64,000 nucleotides of DNA from contig DJJA01000004.1 of assembly GCA_002433895.1 (NCBI GenBank), positions 24,132 through 88,131 on the forward strand. The letters are read 5' to 3'. The translations under genes were made by a program, and so were the position numbers. This document shows, in pieces, positions 10,262 to 18,138 of this stretch. Position 1 is the first letter of the stretch. The number at the start of each line of letters is the position of its first letter. Source of the stretch: Candidatus Gottesmanbacteria bacterium UBA6580. Its GTDB lineage: Bacteria; Patescibacteriota; Microgenomatia; UBA10105; UBA927. The notes below the pieces were generated by a model. It was not told where the DNA came from and made no database searches. It saw nothing but the letters and a program-made list of their open reading frames with translations.

Positions 10262-11488
10262 CTATTTGCAGTGCCAGGACGCCTCCTCAAAGTTGAGCGT
10301 CTCCAGCAGACCGGCGTCTTCGGCATAGACCGAAATGGCGCCATCGGCGGCAGTCCACACATCGAACCATCCGGAACCTCCGGGGTGGGTCAAATGGTGA
10401 AAGCCGTTGCCTTTGCTGTTGAACGTCCATGCGCCACCTTCCCAGTCGGGAGCAGTCCAGTAAGAAGGTTCGTCGCCTCCGAGGATTGCTGCTGCCATAA
10501 CGGGGTTGGCGGGACACGTGGTGTTCAGGTCAGGCTGTACCCAGCGTCCACGCAGGTGGATGTTGATGCCGGGCACGGTCCCATACCGGGGGTCTTGACG
10601 GAAGCCGTAATTGAACTCCCGTGCCATGAGCGTCACGTCATCGTGAACCCAGGCTTGGTCATGGCTGGTGAAGGTCTTGAGCTGACGGATTGTCGCGCCC
10701 CATACCCACATGCCCTTGTGCGGACCCTTGTTGACGGAAACGGTGCCATCGGCTTCAGTAACCGTATACTCGAAGTTGTCGAGGAACGGCTGCCAATAGA
10801 CACCGATGCCGACCGCTTGCACGACCCACTTGCCGCACCCTTCCCAAGGTACAGCCAAGCCGTCTTTGAGCGGTTTGACGCCATTTGTGGGCCAGCCGTG
10901 CGCTTCGATGAGTTGCGCATTGGTCAAGCAGGCGTCGCTGTCCGTGCCGCTCGGCGTGACGTTGGCGGGTGCCGACGTATAGCTTACCGGCGCGGGCAAA
11001 ATGGTGCCACCGCATTCGATGGTGACTGCGCCGACGTGGACAGAAGGTGCGCCCAGTGCACATCCTTCGATAATCGCGTCCCGAACCGACTGTTCATCAC
11101 TAGCATGCACCACGGTACTGGTTGCTTTGGGCGTCAGGGTGTAGGTCACTGCCACTGACGTGTTGGTCGGCGGGATGTTTGTCGCGGTCGACGTGACGGT
11201 CTTGGTCGGCGTGAAAATCGCAGTCGCCGTTTGAGCCGGTGCATCGGTCACGATGGAAATGAACGGGCCATCGGTGGCTGTTGCAGTTGGACCGCCTGGC
11301 ACTGTTGGCGTGGCGCTTCCATAGACAATGATTTGTGCCTGCGTCAGGGCGGCGTTGATGGTTGCAGTTTCTTTCGCGTCGGTCGTGATGTCGTTCGCAT
11401 CCGGCGTGAACAGTCCACAACTCATGGTCACCAATGCCAATACGATAAAGGCAGTGGCAGCGATGCGGTGTTTATTTTTGGTAAACAT
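10262..11488 (-). CDS. Secreted/cell-surface protein with a signal peptide and a Thr-rich linker
   Basis: N-terminus MFTKNKHRIAATAFIVLALVTMSCG is a signal peptide. It is followed by T/A/P-rich low complexity and then a Trp/Gly-rich globular domain. Confidence 0.6.
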   Translation of the reverse strand: MFTKNKHRIAATAFIVLALVTMSCGLFTPDANDITTDAKETATINAALTQAQIIVYGSATPTVPGGPTATATDGPFISIVTDAPAQTATAIFTPTKTVTSTATNIPPTNTSVAVTYTLTPKATSTVVHASDEQSVRDAIIEGCALGAPSVHVGAVTIECGGTILPAPVSYTSAPANVTPSGTDSDACLTNAQLIEAHGWPTNGVKPLKDGLAVPWEGCGKWVVQAVGIGVYWQPFLDNFEYTVTEADGTVSVNKGPHKGMWVWGATIRQLKTFTSHDQAWVHDDVTLMAREFNYGFRQDPRYGTVPGINIHLRGRWVQPDLNTTCPANPVMAAAILGGDEPSYWTAPDWEGGAWTFNSKGNGFHHLTHPGGSGWFDVWTAADGAISVYAEDAGLLETLNFEEASWHCK

Positions 11489-12406
11489 GGCTTCTCCTTA
11501 TTTACCTCCGAGTAGGTTTTTGTTCCTCTCGGGCATATAGATTGCCGTCAGCTACACAGTGCAGCTGATCGGTGTTATTGGTTTCCCCAAGAAGGGGATT
11601 GAACGGTGGGTCTGTTTTTATTTTTTTGGGTTTTGGTTTCCTTTCTTAGTGAATTTGGATTCCGTCGAAAATATCGTAGATATTTTAGTTATTTCCCCCA
11701 AGACGGATAATTTGTGAATGTAAGAGTCCTTACTCTCTTGATTAAATTGTGTATATTCCCCTGATACATACAGATATGGTGTTCTGTACATAGTGGGGGA
11801 ATATACGTCCGTCTCCCGTTCATTTTTTTCGGAGTGCCATGCGTTTCATCATCCGCAACGTTCCGCTATATTATGTTAAGAAATAACCGTACATCCATTC
11901 CGTGACAACTTGGTACAGCTTTACACCTCCAAAGGTGGAAGTGTAAGCGGGTAGCAAGTGGCGAAAAGGAGACGGTTTCCACCTCCGCTTAAAGCGGAAG
12001 TAGTTTCCCTGTATGCCTTGTTAATGTGCGTACCGGTTTGCCCCGGGTCGGTCGCAATTGACCTTCCGGAACTCGCCGAAATTTTTTCTGGAGTATTTTT
12101 TACCTCCAGAAAAGAATCCCGCCCGTCCTCCTGCCGTAAGACAAGACGGGACTCATTTCCGAGGGTAATATATGATTGTCATTCTGAGCTTGATTCAGAA
12201 TCCATTTTTTGATGGATATTTTCATTCGAATAACAATGTATGTTAATGTCCGATGTTTCCTCAGCACAGAAGAACTTCTGCGTTCAGGAAAAGGCACGAG
12301 TAAATGGTCCCGGTAAAGGGTATTTGGCTACGTGCCAGGGTGAGAGAGTTGTCCGCCGAGGCGGAATTTGAAAATAGAGACCGACCGAAGTCGGCCTCTG
12401 GTAAAA

Positions 12407-12829
12407 CTAAGCAGACCCGTCAGGATTAGGGTTTGGAAAGTAGATTTTGCTGTTACATATGATATATGCATATGTAATTTGAAGACCCCCATCTTCCGTA
12501 GCGAGCAATAACATATGCATGCTCCACTCATCATGTAGTTCGACCGTCGTTCGATCAAGTTCCTTGTCTTGATTGTCTGTGTAAACAAGGTCGTTTATGA
12601 CTCTGGATACTTTTCCGATAACGGTAAAGCCGTCGTCTCCAAGGACTGGGAGACTTTGACCGTTTTTTAATTCAATCATTCCTGTTCCTGCACAGGAGGA
12701 TTGAGGGACGACCTGCTCTGTCGGTGCCGGTGGCCCCTGGACGGGTCCGCTTGGAGTGGCTTCAGTTACGGGAGCGCATGCGGTTATCAGGATTATTAAC
12801 ATCACGATTAGAATTCTATTTGTTAACAT
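12407..12829 (-). CDS. Small lipoprotein (lipobox LITAC)
   Basis: MLTNRILIVMLIILITAC has a positively charged n-region, a hydrophobic core and an I-T-A-C lipobox. Confidence 0.55.
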   Translation of the reverse strand: MLTNRILIVMLIILITACAPVTEATPSGPVQGPPAPTEQVVPQSSCAGTGMIELKNGQSLPVLGDDGFTVIGKVSRVINDLVYTDNQDKELDRTTVELHDEWSMHMLLLATEDGGLQITYAYIICNSKIYFPNPNPDGSA

Positions 12830-12908
12830 CTTCTAGTTTCCTCAAAAAATATTGTCTGAGACCGACTTGATAGTCAGACTCGGTCTCATATATGGTTGAC
12901 GACGACGG

Positions 12909-13562
12909 CTACGGCTTTGTGACGGTCGGCGTTGCCGATGGAGTCAAACTGATGACCGGTAGCGGTGCCTCAGGCGTGTTCGTCTGAGCGGCAGACGGCA
13001 CAGCAGTTGCGAACTGGCTGTACTGGGTAGGTCCACCAGGCAGTGACGACGGATAGAATTCCGACGCGTTGACCAGTCCCGGGGCGCGGAAAGCGCTGGG
13101 ATTGTCGCCGATGATGTACAGCTTGCATCGTTGTATCGTCACGTTGCGCGCATACGTCGTCATGAATTTGCAGTATGCGTGAGCGGAAACTGGCGTAGCA
13201 GTAACGAACTCCTCGCCATAGCTGTATTCCACATCTTCAGACGAAGATGAGTAGATATACAGAGTATTTCCGTCCCAATGCGCGACGCTTGTTTGTGCGT
13301 TGTTGCCATCCGGGAGCACCGCAATCGAGCTGCCGAATTCAATGCCTGTCTGTACCAACTGCGTCGGTGTTGCCGAAGAAGTCGGTGTAAATGTTGGCGT
13401 GTTGGTCGGCGTTTTCGTAGGCGTGCTGCTCGGTGTGAATGTGAACGTTGGCTCAATCAAAAACGTCGGTTGCGGCATGAATGTCGGTTGTTGCTCAAAC
13501 GTGGGCTGAACGGCAAACGTAGGTTGTGGCGCGTAGTTAGTCACCACTTGATAGCCGAACAT
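12909..13562 (-). CDS. Secreted Thr/Pro-rich protein with QPTF pentapeptide repeats; the reading frame stays open upstream to 13685 and encodes a signal anchor
   Basis: ORF begins MFGYQVV…PQPTFAVQPTFEQQPTFMPQPTFLIEPTF…. Upstream in frame (13563-13685) reads …KRDLIAFLLGAASTTVALAVIVALTLS with no ATG/GTG/TTG (see finding). Confidence 0.5.
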   Translation of the reverse strand: MFGYQVVTNYAPQPTFAVQPTFEQQPTFMPQPTFLIEPTFTFTPSSTPTKTPTNTPTFTPTSSATPTQLVQTGIEFGSSIAVLPDGNNAQTSVAHWDGNTLYIYSSSSEDVEYSYGEEFVTATPVSAHAYCKFMTTYARNVTIQRCKLYIIGDNPSAFRAPGLVNASEFYPSSLPGGPTQYSQFATAVPSAAQTNTPEAPLPVISLTPSATPTVTKP

Positions 13563-14460
13563 GCTCAGGGTGAGTGCGACGATAACCGCAAGTGCAACGG
13601 TTGTGCTTGCTGCGCCGAGCAGGAACGCGATGAGATCACGTTTTGTGATCTCTTGTAGCTTGGACTTGATGTTCTCCTTGTGATCCTAGGCTTATCACCT
13701 TGCGATCGTTTTTTTTTGGTTTTTCCCTTGGCCCCCTGAATGGAGGTTTGTTGGGTGTGACGGTGGGTGGGCGGTCGCCAGTTTGGTGACTTATCAGCCC
13801 TGTTCTATTTTTTATTTTTCGATATTTTTTCTCCGTTTTGAATTGAAAATTGCAGTTGCAATTATCCCCCAAAAAAAGATGAAAAATGCGTGTTTATTCA
13901 ACGCATTTCGATATTAACCCCCGTATTTCTTTCTATTTAATTGTTATGTACCCCCAACTTCTACTCGTCACACTATGACGAGCACAAGTAGGGGGTACAC
14001 GGAGTAACCATGTTATTTCACGTCGCATCTCGACAACACGCTTGCTACCAAACAAACATGTGTAGATTACTGTGGTATTCAACTCTCTCTGTTAAAGTGC
14101 GCTTTTACCCGACACAGGGAAAACCGCAAATTGGTTTTCTGTATCAGACAAAAATGCTCCATGGTTCTATGCAATGCGCAGAGAAGCACGGTTCCGGGAA
14201 GAACCCCAGAGTCATAGATTACTGCCGTAATCCATGACCCCAGCGTCCATTCATCACCAGAAGCGAGAAGAAGTAATGACCTCTCCTCGCTCCCGATGAT
14301 GACGGGTCATAACTGGTTGCTTTTGACTTTGCACAATTAACCAGACGTAGAGAGTTATTCTTCTGGTCAATAGTTAAATGTTGCCAGTTAACTGTTATTG
14401 TTATCACTCTTATGTTAAGTTTGCTATCGTATGTTAATCAAGTTGTCGTAGCGCCCAAAA

Positions 14461-14497
14461 TCCACAAAAAAGGCAGACACATCGTCTGCCGGTTTTT
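14461..14497. terminator. Bidirectional intrinsic terminator (mainly for the minus-strand gene 14562..15230)
   Basis: GGCAGAC-acatc-GTCTGCC stem-loop flanked by aaaaaaa on the 5' side and ggttttt on the 3' side. Read on the minus strand the hairpin is followed by UUUUUUUGUGG. Confidence 0.55.
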
Positions 14498-14561
14498 GAA
14501 ATTATGTAATGATTAGTTTTTTGTTTTGGCCGGCAGACCATGTTGTGTTGTAAGCGTATGT

Positions 14562-15230
14562 TTACGGCCGCATTGCCCCTTTGCCCAAAATCCCAAACCC
14601 AATGACGGCTAATGCTAAGAATGGAACCACATAAGCCCAATCTTCAAATCCGGCAACCGGAAGTGTCGTTGCACCCATAATTTTAGTTTGTACACAAAGG
14701 CTTGCGGTATCCTGATCAGATTGCCCGCCAGGACCGGTAGCAGTAGCCGTGTTGACGATATCACATGTAAGGTCATTGGCGAACGCGGATGCGTCCTTGG
14801 CTTTGACCACGATACGGTCGTGCACGGTTTGTCCAGCTTTGAGGTTCGAAATTTCGTACGTTAATTTGTTTTGGCTAGCTTCATAGCGGCCTGGACCTGA
14901 CACAAAAGTCATGGAAGCCGGGAATACGTCGATAACCGTTACTGTTGCAAAGTCAGTGTTACTGGTGTTAGTCACGGCAATATCGTATTCGATCTCGCTG
15001 CCCGCGGAATAGGCGGTATCACTGCTCGTTATGTTTTCGACAAATACGTTGGTATTGGTGGCACTTCGCACCTTTTTGTTGATCACGATATGGTTCGGAG
15101 GACATTCCACCTCGTTGCCGTATTGATTGGTACATGTCGGTGTTTCACCGTAATCGGCGTGCACCGTCTGTGCGCCGAAGGCAAGAAGCGAAAGTGAGAC
15201 TGCGGTGGCTAAGGCGAGTATTGATTTCAT
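14562..15230 (-). CDS. Sortase-anchored cell-surface protein (signal peptide, DUF11-like repeat domain, LPVAG sorting signal + TM + basic tail)
   Basis: N-terminus MKSILALATAVSLSLLAFGAQTVHA is a signal peptide. C-terminus …TTLPVAGFEDWAYVVPFLALAVIGFGILGKGAMRP is an LPxxG motif followed by a hydrophobic helix and a positively charged tail. It lies immediately downstream of a sortase gene. Confidence 0.7.
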   Translation of the reverse strand: MKSILALATAVSLSLLAFGAQTVHADYGETPTCTNQYGNEVECPPNHIVINKKVRSATNTNVFVENITSSDTAYSAGSEIEYDIAVTNTSNTDFATVTVIDVFPASMTFVSGPGRYEASQNKLTYEISNLKAGQTVHDRIVVKAKDASAFANDLTCDIVNTATATGPGGQSDQDTASLCVQTKIMGATTLPVAGFEDWAYVVPFLALAVIGFGILGKGAMRP

Positions 15231-15312
15231 AATATATAGTTTGCTCTAGTTGCTGAGCAATCGGTGTACTATATCACAATAGTGCAATTGTGTCAAGTGT
15301 TATAGGATATCG

Positions 15313-16158
15313 TTATATGGTTTCGTTCGACGCTTCTACGAGATCGGCAAATATCAGGAGCCGTTCAGTAACACTGCCTGGTGGCCAACAGGTCTGGAGG
15401 ATGAGGCGTTTTTCGCCCGGCTGGGGAGCCAAATACGAGACCGATGTGGGTTTAACAATTTGTTTCCCCGTAATTTTATAGGTATAAGAGCTGCCTTTAT
15501 AGAACAGTACCACCATGTCTTGTTCTTCAAGATTTTTCAAAAGATAGAAAACGGCGTTTAAATCACCCACAAACCAATCGTAGTTCGTTGAGTGTGAGAA
15601 GAGGTACACTGCGCCGTCTTCATCCGGGAAATACGAAAGGGACGAATGGGCGATGCCTGTTTCCAAGGCTTTAAGGTATTCTCCCGGTTTGGTCGGATTC
15701 ACCGCTGGTATGACTGCTGCATTGACGCCGATTTTGGGGATCACGAGGGAAAAATCCTTGTTTACCGGGTCAATGGAAGCTCCATCAGGTGTTTTGAGCG
15801 GGTCAAACGCCGCGGGTACTGACGGGTGGGGTTGGGCGGGCACCTGTGCGACCTGGTGGCCAAACCGTGTGTATACCGAATTGGCATACGCAGCCATCTT
15901 GGCCTGTATCGCTGCCTGGTAAGCAGGAAGGGTACGCTCAATGGAAAGTAAGGCATACTTTGCTTCAAGCCGTAGCCGTGGCGTGAGCGGGCCGCTCAAG
16001 CCGCCTAATGCAAGGGCAATCATACCTATGCCCATGAGAGTTGCCCATGATGTGGAACGGGTGGAAACCCGTGATTTGGCCTTGGGTTTTACCGATGTGG
16101 GCGCGGGAGTGCCCGGAGCGTCCCACGCGTGATAGTAAATGATGCCTGAGGATTTCAT
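15313..16158 (-). CDS. Sortase (transpeptidase) with N-terminal membrane anchor
   Basis: N-terminal TM segment WATLMGIGMIALALGGL. Conserved sortase elements YLFSHST (active-site His region), LILQTCWP (TLxTC catalytic Cys motif) and the downstream Arg in ERLLIFADL. Confidence 0.7.
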   Translation of the reverse strand: MKSSGIIYYHAWDAPGTPAPTSVKPKAKSRVSTRSTSWATLMGIGMIALALGGLSGPLTPRLRLEAKYALLSIERTLPAYQAAIQAKMAAYANSVYTRFGHQVAQVPAQPHPSVPAAFDPLKTPDGASIDPVNKDFSLVIPKIGVNAAVIPAVNPTKPGEYLKALETGIAHSSLSYFPDEDGAVYLFSHSTNYDWFVGDLNAVFYLLKNLEEQDMVVLFYKGSSYTYKITGKQIVKPTSVSYLAPQPGEKRLILQTCWPPGSVTERLLIFADLVEASNETI

Positions 16159-16278
16159 ATAGGTATGACGAAAATGACGAAAGTAACGAAAATAACCTGA
16201 TTGAAACTGGTAACGGAGTATACACTATAAGACATAATTTAGCAATGCAATGCCGAAGGTTTACGCGCGAGTACCGGG

Positions 16279-16674
16279 TTAAATCTTGATGGGTGCGACA
16301 TAGCTTCCGGCTCTGTAGTACACTCCGTCTGATCCTCGTGAGTAAATGCGGTTGGCGCGGGTGACTACACGGAGCTCTCTCACATCAGTCCGTTTGGTGG
16401 GGGAGCCAAAGACTGCTGCCCATACCCAGCGTTTTTTTCCTGACAATTCAACCACGGTTTTCCATCCAAAACTACCATGTTGTTTTGCTTCCTTCGCGCC
16501 CCGCATGCCATCTCGTAGGCAGGTGAATGAGCGGCAATGCCACACAGACTCATCTTCGTATTTTGATATGGGGATGGAGCGCAGTCCGTTGTCACTGAGC
16601 ATCTCAGGTATGAGTGCCGGATGGCATTCTTGGTTGATAGGGCACCGGCGGCATATGGCGTATTCTTTGTTCAT
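16279..16674 (-). CDS. Hypothetical Cys-rich protein (CRRCP…C…C motif)
   Basis: 131-aa ORF, AICRRCPINQECHP…WHCRSFTC, that overlaps the start of the GNAT gene by 4 nt. Confidence 0.45.
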   Translation of the reverse strand: MNKEYAICRRCPINQECHPALIPEMLSDNGLRSIPISKYEDESVWHCRSFTCLRDGMRGAKEAKQHGSFGWKTVVELSGKKRWVWAAVFGSPTKRTDVRELRVVTRANRIYSRGSDGVYYRAGSYVAPIKI

Positions 16675-17240
16675 GTAAGTGTTTTTTCAAATTTGAGCAT
16701 TGGTGTACCATCGATGGTGACATCAGCAGTGTGTATAAAACCTGACCGGATAAACAGCTTTATGCTTTTTTCATTGTCGGGTTTGATAAGTGCGCGTACC
16801 AAGGTGAGGTGAATAGTGTGTCGTGCGTAATGGAGGAGTTGGTCGAGTGCTTGTGTGCCGATGCCGCGGCTTTGATATTGTTTTTCCCCGATGACAATGC
16901 CGATTTCTCCCGTATTGCTTGGTGCGTGATCCTGGCGGATATTGATAAATCCGACTGGTTTATTATCAAGTCGTATATCAAAGTAATGTCTGCGGGGATC
17001 AGTTGTTGCGGAATCTACCCAACGGTATACTTCCTCGGGTTTTGTGGGGAGTGTACCACACATCCACTGCCGGATTTCGGGATCAGTGATCCATCGGAAC
17101 CAGTTTGCGCGCGTTTCTTTTGATTGTTGCGTTGGTGCTATGTCAACGGTTGTTTGGAGCCTTCGTACTTCCTGGATTGCTACCATAATAAACGCGGAAG
17201 TATAGCAGAATGTCCTATAGGAGGCAACAACTGAGGTCAA
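16671..17240 (-). CDS. GNAT-family N-acetyltransferase
   Basis: Acetyl-CoA-binding motif IGIVIGEKQYQSRGIGTQAL (Q/RxxGxG/A) and the overall GNAT length and pattern. Confidence 0.75.
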   Translation of the reverse strand: MTSVVASYRTFCYTSAFIMVAIQEVRRLQTTVDIAPTQQSKETRANWFRWITDPEIRQWMCGTLPTKPEEVYRWVDSATTDPRRHYFDIRLDNKPVGFINIRQDHAPSNTGEIGIVIGEKQYQSRGIGTQALDQLLHYARHTIHLTLVRALIKPDNEKSIKLFIRSGFIHTADVTIDGTPMLKFEKTLT

Positions 17241-17332
17241 TGAATTTTCTTGTAGAAAATGGCGTTTTAGGGTAATATTACCCTAGATTTTTTTCCTGTT
17301 GTGACAAGGCGTTACATAATAGAAGGAGATAT

Positions 17333-17599
17333 ATGGCTGGTAGGCTGTTTAAAGAACTGGAAATAGTAGTGGTGGGGGAAACCTATGACCGTCAGAGGCG
17401 GGGTTTGGCCGCGCGGGAGCGGTTGCGTGCTCGATTGTCACTTCTGACCAAAGATTCAGTGGAAATTGCTGATGCTTCCCATATCGGAACCGCGTTTATA
17501 GGGTTGGAGCATTTATCTCCAAGTGAATTACTCAATGTTTCACGCAGGCGTTTTAGGGCAGCCAAGGGACAGGGAGATGCCACTGATGTTTTTGTCTAA
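17333..17599 (+). CDS. Small hypothetical protein (88 aa)
   Basis: A GGAG RBS lies 6 nt upstream of the ATG (agaaGGAGatatATG). Confidence 0.45.
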   Translation: MAGRLFKELEIVVVGETYDRQRRGLAARERLRARLSLLTKDSVEIADASHIGTAFIGLEHLSPSELLNVSRRRFRAAKGQGDATDVFV

Positions 17600-18138
17600 T
17601 ACACTACCTAAAAGTGGGTAGCCTGATTTGTAGCTTTTTTTGACCCGTGACCGCTTCGTATTGGATACATCCCGGACGGGTCCGGCTCCGCATAACGACG
17701 CAGTTTACACACTCCGGGCGTATCATGCCAGGGTGTTTATTCGCCTCTTCGCGTAGATCAAATTTAACGCTTAAAATCCAATTAAACGGAAGCGGCTCAG
17801 CGTCATCATGCCGATCAGCGCTCGTACGAGATCTATCGTGATTACTTATAGTGATACATCCATAACCATCGAGATGCTTTCTGAGCTTCGATGCCCTCGG
17901 TTGCCAGGGGTACACAAGCTCAAGGAGTTTTGAGGGAAGATATGGGGTGCGAAATTTAAGATGCGTCAGCGCCGCCTGAATTTTGTGGTCAGGTTCATGG
18001 TAAATATTCGTGGGGAGTGCGGGCAATACCCGTTCGTGATGTCGCATGGGCAGTAAAACTATAGGGTGAACTATATCACACTATTATAGAGGATATCAAA
18101 CAATAAAATTGATAGAGGGGCGCGGTGATGCAGGGGAC

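Noticed and set aside
10271-11158. 295-aa plus-strand ORF and several 70-100-aa ORFs antisense to the secreted protein gene 10262-11488
   Set aside because: Fully embedded antisense in a higher-quality ORF with a signal peptide. Arg/Gly-rich composition typical of antisense frames in GC-rich coding DNA.
17604-18047. 147-aa minus-strand ORF between the small RBS-bearing gene and the giant gene
   Set aside because: His/Arg/Pro-rich, no RBS, looks like intergenic noise. Left unannotated.
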